The notes beneath the pieces were generated by a model that saw only the letters and a program-made list of their open reading frames with translations, ran no database searches and was not told where the DNA came from. A stretch of 62,853 nt of DNA, filler included, from Choristocarpus tenellus KU-1152 (taxonomy: Eukaryota > Protista > Phaeophyceae): NCBI GenBank assembly GCA_964200185.2. It is 13 parts of 13 records of this genome, joined end to end, with 100 filler letters (N's around TTAATTAATTAA, not from the genome) between each part and the next. Parts side by side here need not be neighbours in the genome. Positions count along the whole stretch, not along the records: positions 24,977 to 28,714 come from CAXNAD020018220.1; positions 28,815 to 32,838 come from CAXNAD020016614.1; positions 32,939 to 36,604 come from CAXNAD020018630.1; positions 36,705 to 41,122 come from CAXNAD020014644.1; 9 more parts are not named here. One strand, written 5' to 3'. Below are positions 24,977 through 37,154 of the stretch, one piece after another; the stretch's first letter is position 1; each line of letters opens with the position of its first letter. The position numbers and the translations under genes are program-made.

Positions 24977-27900
24977 GTCAGCTTCTTCCTTGTTGCTGTC
25001 CGATGAGGAAGAGTCTGTTTCGTCGAGCCCGCCGAGATCATTGTCACCGCTGACGAGATTATCTCCTCCACCCGAGCGTTCACCCTGGTCGGTGTCTTCG
25101 ACGTCGCGGGTACCAGTTCCCGTCATCGGTGGGAAGCCAATGGACAGGGAGGTCGAACTCTCGTTCCCCTGTCTTTCTGAGAAGCCGCACAGACTCGCTT
25201 AGCTCGTGTTTCGCTCTCCGAATGGCTTCATGGTCTGCAAAGGTGGAATCCATGAGCATGAGAACATCAACGGTATGGAAGCATGAATGTTACTTTGTAA
25301 GCAGGCGTGAGGTTTCATGAATGCGCTCAGGGAGCATGCAGTGTGAGGGAGGGTGCATATTTCGTCGTATTCATTTATGTTGAGTACAAGACCGGTACCC
25401 TCAAGACATTTATCGGGGTAATCTATTGTACTTTTTATTGTAACATGCGACGATCACTACGCAGGAGAATGGAAAATGTTTTGATATTCTTTTTGTAAAG
25501 GGGATAAAGTCTGCCTCTTACAGAAGTTGCACCAAATGTTTTGGCTGCCACTGAATACAAAAATTAGCTATCAACTCCCCTCAAGAAAAAATCGACTTAC
25601 CCAGTGGGTACACAGCAGGGAGGCGCTCGTGCGACGCCTGGTACCGCTGCTCCACCTTTTGGATGACGTCTTCAGGAACGCTCTTGAGCTGGTAGGGTGG
25701 TGCATCTTGGATATGAGGCGGGTGGCCGATGAAGAGGTCGTACAGAGGGGCGTTGGGATTGATAGCAAGGTCTACGTCTATCCCACTCCATTCGGTGCTG
25801 TGCATGTATGGCTTAATGCTAACCTTAACCCGCCCATCACCGCCTTTTTCAATGCGAAAGGGCCTGTAGCTCGTGATGTTCGGGACACGGTTGACGCGAC
25901 CGCCAAGGAGTCCCTTAAAGTTGCCCTCGTTTCGTAGGGTCTTCCAGTAGACAAGAACCTCCGTGTAGGAGGCCTGCAGCTCTTCACCCTGCTGTGTTCT
26001 CGTGAATATGTTCTTGCCTTTGATACCACATGAGAACCTGAAGGTGAAATTCAAGCAAGTTAGTTTTGAGGCGGGTGCGAAAGAAACGAAGTGGAGAAGC
26101 AAGATATATATGCAGACACATGCTCCGATGCATGTATATGGAAGTATAGATGTAAGAAGGGGTGATGCGTACATTTTTTTATTGTTTTGTTTGTACAGTA
26201 GGTTAGGAAACAGTTTTGGCAGCTGCTCTTATCGTTCAATTTTTTGGTGGGGAAATCAAAAGCCAATCAATCAATTACAGTGTACGACCATATACCATAC
26301 ATGGATGCAACAAGCGTGAGCCGCAAGCCTCAAGGTAGTATCTGTCCGTATGAAAACACTATGTGGCTATCGCACTTGCATATCTTGCCTAATTACCTGG
26401 AGAACATCTGATCGATTTTGATGTGCGTGTGCCCCACCATCATAAAATGTATCTCGACCACATGAATGACACTCGCCGTGACCAACAGCCCCACATATCC
26501 GAGGAAGAAATTGTTCTTGTTCTCTGAGACGCAGTTGTCGACCTGGTAAGTTTGGGGAGTCGGGAGGGAGGGAGGGATAGGCGTGAGGTCGATATGTCAG
26601 ACCATTTCGCCGCGTTTCGTGGAGGAACAGTGTATGTTTCCAGTGCTGCTAGAGCGCAAGGTCTACATCACCGCCATCATACATGCAACAAGCAACACAC
26701 TAACCAAAACTAAAGACCGTGCAGCTAGATTTTTGGTGACCGGTATTCAGCGAATATGTGTTGAGTAGGTCGTGTCAAGATGAAACTTTCTTACCTGCCA
26801 ATGTGCGTGCTGGATGATGTGATTCCCCGCGTGATCGAGGCTGTTGTGGTACTTGTCGATAAACCTTGTGAGGGCAAGGTGGGTGGCTGTGCAGACAAGG
26901 TTACAACCTGTGCGAACAATGATGTCCGTCGTTAGTTGGCAAATAGTACTCTGCTTACTTACGCATTGTATATTTGGAGCTAAAAATAGGGGTAATTAAA
27001 TGTGTTTTTGTGATATAGAGCACATACACCCGACTGGCTGATATACATGTGTGGGGTTTCCCTCCTCCGTTGATTAGCTCTTACGTTCCTCTCGCCCTAA
27101 CCCTAAGCTGATGCGTACGATGGCAGGGGAGCACAGGGCATAATCAGTTTATCGACTGTTCACTAGGGCTGCGGTATCTGTAGGCACACGGTGTAAGGAT
27201 GTGCTCGTCCTCAGGTATCTAACCTACGGCAGGTCCACTCGCCACGACGGAAAACCAAATGGTGCGTATGCAACAATAATCTATTCAGTCGTGTGATTGT
27301 TTGCCACGACCAACATTACGTACCTCCTCCAAGATTCATAGGAGTGAAGAACACCTCTGCGAACTGGCCTTCGACGTGTGCGGCCATGATTTTCTGTCGC
27401 TCGGAGTAGCCCCTGATAAGAAGGACATGAATCGAAGAATCGTCTAAGGAAAGGTTCTATGGTGCGTCGTCATCATGATGATCGGAATAGGTAGTGGAAT
27501 TATGTGAGTATGTTTTGGCGGTTATTTCTTGTGACTTTGCACTCATTTGTAGAATAAAACAGGGTCGTCTATTCTGTTCTGCGTGCGGCTGCGGACTTGT
27601 TATCAAATGGACTATGCGTGCGTGTGGTTACCTGTCACCGCTGTGGGTAGGTGGGTAAAGTGCTGGGAGGGTGTGAGCTGTCTGGTTTGCGGCGTCTACG
27701 GACATGAACACGAACCCAACAGGTTTACCATCGGCTTTGGCCCGCATGGCGCTGCTGGTGCTGTTGACGATGACCTGCCGATCCGCTTTGATAATCTGGG
27801 GAATGGGGGAGGGCAACATTACGTCTGTAAATCAAATAAATCTGCTCAGAGTTTTTGCGCTGAGTTAGGGTTAGGCTGCTTCCATTAGCACCTACGTGGG

Positions 27901-28714
27901 AGTCTTCATTCGCGAACGGAAACAGATGTTGAAAATGGAGGGCAATGGCGGCGACACGTTGCCACTTTATTCTTGTTGCAAAATTAATTCTGGACACATA
28001 CCTCTCGATGTTCTGACAGCTCCTTATCGATGGCCTCAAGGACGGTGGAGTCGTTCGTAGGTTTTACACCAGGCGCACCGTGACGCTTCTCTTTTAAGGT
28101 GACACATATGTCACATTTCATAAACTCGCCTCCTACCCTCACCCTGATGTTGGGCCTCTCCTCTCTGAGCAACCGGAGGAAGTGCGCCTTGCTTACGCAC
28201 TTGGAAGGGTCGTCAGGATACACTCGTATTACCTCTTTGCAAAAATCCTTGTATAGCTCCTAATTAAAAATGTTGGTTCTGTGGGAAAGTGATGAGTTAT
28301 TGAGAAAGAACACTCGAAGAACACCCCTGGAAGATCTGACCAATAACTTGACCCTACCAATGTCTGACCGGGATCGGGACCACATAGTATGTGTACACGG
28401 CGTCGAAATAACAGTTACTGTGTCTTCCTCCATAAAAGCGACGAAGTGTATCATCATCATCATTGTATCCTAGACATAGCAAACGAAAAAAATAGCCCTT
28501 GGTACGAATCTTCACATGTTCGTTCAACCTTAATATCAGACCGGTCCAAGTAATGAACATCCTCCAACCCAGGATGCGGCCAACCTCTCCACCACCAAGG
28601 GCAAAACCTACCTGTTTGTTCGCGGCGTAGATCACAATTGTGGGCTTGTGAGGCATGAACTGCCCGTATGTACCAGCCCAGTAGTCTATCCAGGACATGA
28701 CCAGGTATCGCTTC
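24977..28714 (-). mobile_element. Sola-type (Sola1-like) DDD transposase gene with at least 8 exons
   Basis: Phase-consistent exons 28714-28612, 28259-28002 (FLRLLREERPNIRVR..FMKCDIC), 27795-27632 (FMSVDAANQ), 27412-27324, 26907-26795, 26542-26397 (VDNCVSENKNNFFLGYVGLLV..IHFMMVGHTHIKIDQMFS), 26037-25601 and 25234-. DNC..ENKN and GHTH..IDQ are the diagnostic motifs. Confidence 0.85.
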
Positions 28715-31132
28715 NNNNNNNNNNNNNNNNNNNNNNNNNNNNNNNNNNNNNNNNNNNNTTAATTAATTAANNNNNNNNNNNNNNNNNNNNNNNNNNNNNN
28801 NNNNNNNNNNNNNNCTTAACCTCGTACCCTCGGTCACGGTTCGTCCTTGTTCGTCTGGTCCGTCTTGCCCAGTGATTCTCCTCGCCACCACGCCGCCACA
28901 GAATCACACGATTCACATTGGCAACATCGGTGTCCTCAGAGATAGGGTGACGGGGCATTTCTGTTTGACCGCGGACGAAAGATGCTGAACGGCGCTTTGG
29001 AGCCACAGAATCACACGATTCACAAAGACTATAATTACAACATCAACAGTGCTGTATTGGCTGCAATAAAGGCCTTTCCACTGAACAACGGAGCATTTGC
29101 TGCCATGCCCCTTTTATATGTAGTGCTAACTTTGAAAGCAAGAAACAGTGCCTTCCTACACAATAGTTGCACTGTTGGCATGTATCGATAGGGCTGCTTG
29201 TGTCATTGCGGAAACTCTCTATATACTACATTTACGTATTGAGGTCTACGCTTGACGTATGTGCCCAATTTTTTGTTTAGACCAGGCTCACCACGACATC
29301 CTATTGATTAAAAAACCACCCTTGTGATAATAATGCAAAATAAGGGGACAGCATACTATGTCATACAGAGAATAATCCCAAATGGTTGTGACTGCCCGCT
29401 GCCCCTCCTAGATTAGAAAACTCCATCCAAAGACATATTCTTTCTCTGAGAAGGTTGTATGACCTCATCAAATTTACAAGATTTGCGCAGAGCAATCCTC
29501 AGCTTGAATAGTCGAGGTCACTGACATACCTAGTCAACCCAAACCTTCATCTCAGAACATCTTGTGACAAGTTACAATTATATGGTTAACATGGCACACG
29601 TACCTCTTTCCTCTTTCTGAAAACATTTGTCTTACCACAGAAACGATTGAGTCCACAGAACGTAAGCAGTTGGAAAGATGATGTGCAACTACAACAGCAA
29701 AAGAGTATTCAACTTCAAGATAGATGTGAATGGCACACACCCCAGTAGGTTACATGGTACCGCAAGGCTCTTCCTTAAAATGTCTACTACTACATTAAAT
29801 CGCCGATAGGACACCTTCCAGAATCGCCAAAATAGAGAACAGCATAAAATTTATCACCCGTACATGAAGTATGTACTGCATGTAGGTACAGCAATCGATG
29901 CTGGGTACACAAAAAAGCACAAGCCTTTCCCTCACTCCTGCTTGTTGTAAACCTATCCTGGATACAGACTTCAGGACAGGCACAACATATAACACCACAG
30001 CAGTGCCGTGAAGTTTGGATCACTTAACACTGTCCTGGTGGGTAAATCTACCACTCACATACATGCATGCTTTCCGACACGCACAGCACAGATTGGAAAT
30101 GTTAAAGAAAATTTCGGAATTTTGCCCTGCTGGACCCATGCTGGCTCTCATTCCTTCTCAAGATATCAGAAATACCATGAAAGGAAATTGGATTAATATG
30201 GGCTCTGCACATCAGTGCTGCAACAGGGTAGAAGATTATTGAGCTCTGAGCTCTGAGAATGCATAGATCAGATAGGATCCAAATGATTTGACAGTATATG
30301 GTAACACCAGTTGGGACAGAATCCTAGATAAATACCTGCGAGAAGTGCCCCTCCTGTCTGTTGATAAATCATCAATTCTTTTGCCTCACTCTCTACCCAC
30401 AGGCCCATGCTCACATCTTTTGAATGCCACAGGCTGGTAGCAAGAATAAAAAAACACTAGCAGGTCACCTGACTTCTCATGTTTCCATATTTTCGTGTAG
30501 CAAAATCATGGCTCCAACAAATAAGATTTCCGTCACTACCTGATTTCTAAAGATCGATATCATGATGACCTAATAGGAGCAGGTACAGCCCTTCAAGGGA
30601 TTTAACAAGACAATCCTTTTGCTTCCTGTGTAGAACAAGCATTACTATGATATAATGTAAGCAATGAGGCAGCACAAACGATTTCTATGCACAGACAAAG
30701 GCTTGTCCCTGAAATAAATAAAACATAAATCAATATACCACGGAGGACTTGTGGGGGGATGATGGTGCAGGGTACCAAGGTTCAAAAAGGAGGTTGGGGC
30801 ATCGAAGAAAGCGGCAAGGCCATTGCACACATCCGAAACAGTGTTTTCAAGGCTTGAACAAAAATTAAATCTCTCAACGACGAGCAAAAATCGTTCCCCG
30901 AAGTACAACAACTCCCACCGCCGTTTGTAGAAGACATAGCAGGGAAGAGATACAACATACACTCAACAACGGATCACACCAGCACATTTTCACTTGACAG
31001 AGGCAAAACAAGATAATCAATTGGTGGCATGGAGTTCTTGCTCCCCCCACTCCAAAGCTTATCACATCACAGTGCAAAGCGATCGAGTAGATATTGCAAG
31101 ACAACATGCCCAATAGGCAAGCAGGCCTCGCC

Positions 31133-32838
31133 TCAAAATGGCGATACCAATGTTGGCGCCATTCGTTTCTTCTTGTTGGGGGCAGTAGGTGTAGCAGTTG
31201 ACACTTGTGTCATTGCGGCTGCTGCAGTATGTGCACCAGCACCGCCCTCACCTGTACCAACTGTTTCAGTTGCCAGGAACGGTCCTGAAGTTGCCCCACC
31301 CCCGGAGACGCATTTCCTGCTGCTAGAGACACCGATACCTGTGTTCGTGGTTGAATCTGTACCTCCCCTCTGAGCCGCTGATGCAGGGATAACAGACATT
31401 AGTGAGTCAGTTGGAGCCAAGACGGTAGTCACCAGGGTAGGTGTAATGCGACGCTTCTTGGCGCTTTCCCCAACTGCGTTTGTAGTCCCCAATGAAGGTG
31501 CTACCATCGCAGCTGCAGTCCCGGGGAGAGGAGTTGATGCCTGATGGGTAACCACCATAACACCCACAGAAGCGTCAACGCAGGAAGACGCCTGGGAGAT
31601 GTGCTGTGGCTGCTGAGGCTGCGGCACAGATGAGGCCACTGCGGGTCCTGACGGTAGTGGAGCCCCTCTGGCAAGTGGAGAGACAAGGGTGGGTGCGATC
31701 TTCCTCTTGGCTGGCCGTGGAACAGTCGCCACTGGCACCGCTTTAACTACCTTAGATGCGGTAACTCTGAACTCGTTTCTCACATCACAACCCACCGCTC
31801 CAGTTGTGGTCGTACTTCCTCTGACCCCTCCTTCCTCCCCTGCACAAGCAACTTTGCCGAGGTTGTCGCTCTCAGCGTCAGCTCCGGTGATACTTCCACC
31901 TCTGTCCTCAGCCACCTTGCGCGGCGACTGCACAATGTTGGGAGTTGATGTTTGGTCACAGGGTGACACAACGCTGATGCGAAGCTCTGCACTTGCCACG
32001 GGCTTGGTGTCAGGACCATTCGCAATGACGTCCCCCTTGCCCCCACCCCTTTTCCCTTCCGCTTCAGCCTCCTGGCTGTAGCTGTAGATAACAGGATGCA
32101 ACTGCTTGGTTTGGAGGGGTACGTCCTCCTCCTTGATTGTCTCTCCCAGCTCACCCTCCTTGAAATGGACAACAGATACATAGCCATCTGTTGATGAGAC
32201 CATTAATGTACAACCATCCGAAGACCTTACACGAGGTGGAGTCGAGGTGGGCAGGGGAGTGCCATGTGAGGTTTCAGCTTTTAGGGGGAGGTCAGCGGCA
32301 ACATAATCGGTGAGGAGTCAAAAACCTTTTGTACCACAATTGGGCTAAGCAGATGTAAAGTAGCAAGTACAAGAAGGAACCAACCTTTTATAGTTTTGAG
32401 AGTAGTTTGATGCCTCAAAAGTAGAACCAGATGGTCACCGGCACAGTCCACTTACCGGTGATGAATACAAATATCAAAACAAAAAGAGAAAGTGGACCTA
32501 CCAGTGGCACCAACCCGACAAACATAAAGTGTTTCAAAGAGCCACTCTCCCTCCCCAAGAAGAAGAAAACTTTCTACCCGAGGGTTTAGCAAAATTTATT
32601 CTATATCTGAAAGGTGTAGGAAAAACATTTTTTTTTTTCGAAGAGGGACAAAACTGAACAAACAAACAAACAAAAAAAGTTTTCACACCACAGAAACTGA
32701 TGGTGAGTGAGTGTGAGCGCGAGTGTGACTGTGAGTTTGAGTTTGAGTTTGAGTTTGAGTTTTCGGGGGCGCGGGCGCGGGCGGGGTGGTGGGGGGGGAG
32801 AGTCGAGTCTCTCCTGTTCCGTCCACTCACCAGCAAGC
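31133..32838 (-). CDS. CHAF1B: Chromatin assembly factor 1 subunit B (p60/Cac2/FAS2), 3' end
   Basis: Last WD40 blade ACW|SSDGCTLMVSSTDGYVSVVHFKEGELGE (terminal exon 32225-31133; the previous exon ends TG|GTGAGT at ~32831). The low-complexity tail has B-domain motifs KRKIAPTLV, KKRRITPTLV and KKKRMAPTLV, then a stop. The absence of a C-terminal Hira domain argues against HIRA. Confidence 0.82.
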
Positions 32839-32938
32839 NNNNNNNNNNNNNNNNNNNNNNNNNNNNNNNNNNNNNNNNNNNNTTAATTAATTAANNNNNN
32901 NNNNNNNNNNNNNNNNNNNNNNNNNNNNNNNNNNNNNN

Positions 32939-32993
<55 letters not shown>

Positions 32994-33924
32994 GTCGGGA
33001 ATGAAAGAGGAACAAAAAAGATCGCAGAGGTCACTCGCTTCATTGGTCTGTACGATCGTCATGTTGGTAGTGAGTAAAGGCGTTCACGTGGAGGGTTGAA
33101 AGCAGAGAGATGTAGGGGGGGGGTTTTGTCCAGAAAAAATTAAATCAATTCCAATCCCCAAGGGTGGTTTGTGTACAGAGCAGGACAAAGCTGTTGCACG
33201 GAGGGGTATGTACATGGTTGTTTACCCCTGCTCACACCAAACCAGCTCTTTTTCAGCATCTATTATTCGGCCCCCCTGCCTGTGTCAGCACAACTATTTT
33301 CCTGTTGCCTTACATTCAAGTGTATTTATTTACTACACTAACAAGCGACCATGCAAATATATATATATATACATTATTTTGTTCTCTTAAAATTTAGACC
33401 ACGTTTTTTTGTATGTCAATTTAATAAAAAAAATGAATCCAACAAAAAAAAATGATTCAAAAAAAGCAATCCCAAAAACTATTCTCAAAGAAAAAAAGTG
33501 TCCTTTTCTTTTTTATACTTGAAAGAAAAATATATATTATTTCCAAGTATGAAAAAAAAAAAAAAGCAAAGTGCGTAAACAAAATGTACTTTTTTTTTAA
33601 GTAAAGGGTTGGCCACTCCTCGTTCAGATCAAGATTCATTCAACGCCAATGCGTGCTACACACTCTTCAAATCGGATTCAAGATCCATTCTACATAAGAA
33701 GCATTCAAGACCACAAGTTTCCCACAACAACAGTACTTCTTCACCCACTCAGCCAGTCAGCCAGCCAGTCAGCCAGTCCAGGCACTTTCAATCAAGATAT
33801 CCTCGTACCGGCTCTGTACTCACCCCTGGTAAACGTACTGCTAACAACCCCAAGATGCAAGCGGTTGCCTTCTTCTTGAGGCCCCGGGCCGCCCACCTCC
33901 CTCACCCTCAAATCTATTTTGTAA

Positions 33925-34390
33925 AATCTTCAACACTATTGTGTAGGAACCGGGATAACATCGTGCAGAAACCTCAACACCATTGTGTGAAAATCGTTTC
34001 AATACTGTTACGTAAGAATCTTAACAATCTCGTGAATAAACCTCCACACAATTGTGTAAGAATCTCAACACTATTGTGTACAAACCTCAACACTCTCGTG
34101 AATAAACCTCAACACTATTGTGTAAGAACCTCAACACTATTGTGTAGAAACCTCAACACTCTCGCGAATACACCTCAACACTATTGTGTAAGAACCTCAA
34201 CACTATTGTGTAGAAACCTCAACACTCTCGTGAATACGCCTCAACACTATTGTGTAAGAAGCTCAACACTATTGTGTAGAAACCTCAACACTCTCGTGAA
34301 TTAACCTCAACACTATTGTGTAAGAAGCTCAACACTATTGTGTAGAAACCTCAACACTCTCGTGAATAAACCACATCACCATTGTGTAAA
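33925..34390. repeat. Minisatellite: 22-bp monomers arranged in a 66-bp higher-order unit, ~7 copies
   Basis: CCTCAACACTATTGTGTAAGAA + CCTCAACACTATTGTGTAGAAA + CCTCAACACTCTCGTGAATAAA; the units degenerate towards both edges. Confidence 0.92.
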
Positions 34391-34821
34391 GTCCCACACA
34401 AACTATACTTCAAGTAGTGGTGCACAACTACCCTCACCATATACATACACACCATGCAATGCGCCCTCCTAGGACCCGGTCCTAACTGGGAAAATAAATT
34501 CCAACAACACCTCACACAAAAACAGCCCAGTCAAATTGGTAGGATTAAAAGAAACAAAAAGGAGCTTTCTCATTGATCGATCCTTCATCTCCATCCCCCA
34601 GAACACTTTCAACACAACTACCTCGGCCACTCCTGTTGACTTTTCCACCAGAAAAAAACAAAAAAAGAATAAAGGACTGACCAATCAGGGAGGTTTCCTT
34701 CCACTCCTTACTTTAAAACTCTTCTCAATTTGCTATCCCTTCTTTTCGTATAATCTACAATAGTCTTACATCTCTTTTATAGTAAAATTACACTGTATTA
34801 AAATGATTAGGTATCAAAACA

Positions 34822-35004
34822 GGGTCAAAGTACCTGGGGGGGGGGGGGTGGCGACTGTCCATTTGGGGCCAATTTTTTTCATGTCGTGAGTTTTGTGTGA
34901 TTTGGTTCCATACATAGGATGGATAATGAAAGTGCACTTTTCCTGGTTTTGGTCCAAATGGACACTCTGGTGTAGACTCCCCCCCCCCCCAGGTACCTTG
35001 GGTC
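34822..35004. mobile_element. MITE family B copy (GGGTCAAAGTA.CTGGGG.. TIRs) with 4-bp TSD AACA
   Basis: aaca|GGGTCAAAGTACCTG(G)n...(C)nAGGTACCTTGGGTC|aaca. Homologous truncated copies at 59887-60075 and 56560-56669; ends at 41223, 53001, ~56439 and ~62829. Confidence 0.85.
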
Positions 35005-35411
35005 AACAATAATGTATAAAAATAATAATAATCAAAATAATTACGCTTTACAATAATAATGTAGGACAATAAACACACAAGGTCATCAGTTAACATCCCC
35101 ATCTCAGCAATCAAATGAAAAAAACAAAAAAAATAACACAGAAAATCTCTTTACCCTCCCCCCCCCCCTTCCCCTCACCCACACACCGAAATGATCTACC
35201 TTGTTATTAATACCATAAAAATAATTATTTATTTAAATACATCTTCACCACCTTGATCAGGCCAAGCAAATCCATATCCTTTCTACCCTACCCATTAGAC
35301 CCACTCCCCTTCTTCCTTCAGGCTTTTCAAGTTGTTTCCATCTTAGTTATCTATGTACAACATCCTTGAGATGCATTACAAACTTAAATCCTCCAATTTC
35401 CCACACCATAC

Positions 35412-35466
35412 CTCTACAGGGAAGGTCCGCCCAGGTATAGATATGGCTGGGCATCCATGGAAGTAC
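35412..35466 (-). CDS. Single internal exon of a DEAH-box RNA helicase
   Basis: cag|G TAC TTC CAT GGA TGC CCA GCC ATA TCT ATA CCT GGG CGG ACC TTC CCT GTA GAG|gtatgg = YFHGCPAISIPGRTFPVE, the conserved DEAH/RHA segment after motif III. Confidence 0.8.
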
Positions 35467-36529
35467 CTGGTGAACAGATCTGCCTTTCTTTCAAGAATGA
35501 TTGGGAGGTATTATTATTATTATTATTATTATTATCATCATTATTGCATCACGACATGATGCAAACAAGCTATTTCTTTTAAGAATAAAAAATTGAGAGC
35601 CCGTAACGTAAGCTATACAAGTAACGTTTTTTTTTAAGATGTTTTGAATATAAAAAAGAGTATGTGTAACCTTTGTCACTGGACAAAAAAAGAGGAAGTA
35701 CAAACAAACAATTTCTTAGCACAATCAAAAAACGTCACAAAACACACAGAAAAAATACATACATACATACATACATAGTTACGTACATACATACATAAAT
35801 ACATACACAAAATTTTCTCTTTTCATGACCTCTTACATTTTTTCTTGTACATCTTCCAACACGCCGTCTGTATTGTGAACACCCATATGCTCTTGTCCAT
35901 CGGGCTGCTCAATAAATAGAACAAATGAACCCCCACCCTGATGCTACCCTATATTACCAGAGTACAAAAAAAAAGCATGACAATCGCTACTGCAGGATAT
36001 ACAAAATTAAGAAGTATTTGTGTTGTGCAGAGAGGAAGGAAAGGAGACCTGGGTCATGTCAGTTACAAAAAAAGAGAAAGAGCTCCTGCCATAAACAAAA
36101 TAATTATCTCCCCCCCCCCCCTCTCCCCCTTCTCTCTCTTATATGCACATAGAATGAGCGGTCTTCATCTTGTCATCACCAAAAACAGTACCCTATTAAC
36201 ACAATCATCCCCAAAGGATGTCACAGAGGCTTTTGCAGTAAGGTCAACACAAGACCTCCACCTATACATCGCGTTAAAAACCAATAGACCAATAGCGTCA
36301 AAACACAAAACACAAAACACAAACATACAATAAAACCCTACCCTTACCGTTAAAAATATATATATATACATACATATAATACATACAATACATGTATATA
36401 CATACATATAATACATATAAGTGAAGAGGTACTGGCTTTGAATGTTGAATAATGCCTCACGTGAACTGTTGTCATTGACATATTATTAAGATTAAAATAA
36501 CTTTGATGCTGGGAGTGTTCATGAGAATA

Positions 36530-36565
<36 letters not shown>

Positions 36566-37154
36566 AGAGAAGATAAAAATGTTTTTGTTAGGGTGGAGGG
36601 AGAGNNNNNNNNNNNNNNNNNNNNNNNNNNNNNNNNNNNNNNNNNNNNTTAATTAATTAANNNNNNNNNNNNNNNNNNNNNNNNNNNNNNNNNNNNNNNN
36701 NNNNCTGGGAGAGGGGGGGGGGGGGGGGGGGGGGGAGGGGGGGAGCTAGGCAATGCAGAGATGTCCCCGAACACAAAAATGAGATAACTATTAAATAAAA
36801 AAAGAAAGAATACAGAATGGGAAGAAGTAAAGATATGGGTATGATTGTTCATGGGGGATGGGATGGGCAAGGCAAGCGATAAGCAATAAATATATGTTAT
36901 GCACACTTGGTAAGTATACTTGCACATGCTGTGTGACGGAGACCGCATGCTGTATACCTCATTCAGACATGGAATACATGTTCCAAAATTTGTCCTATAT
37001 CTCTGATGTGTGTGTGGTGAACATTGAGGTGTCTTCTCCAGCAACCTAGACCAACCGTTGGATCTTTACCCTTTTACTCTTAACGTGCTTGGCCAAGGGC
37101 AGTCCAACCCAAAATGAGATCCCGTTTCAGCTAAAATTCCCAACTGCCACTTAC

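Noticed and set aside
28815-29030. Possible gene start (MAPKRRSASF..) with a 19-bp direct repeat CAGAATCACACGATTCACA
   Set aside because: Truncated by the contig edge, non-ATG start in the ORF track, and no motif support.
33609-34304. 231-aa ORF with 22-aa repeats
   Set aside because: Explained by the 66-bp minisatellite; one unit carries a stop, and the ORF is antisense to the helicase exon.
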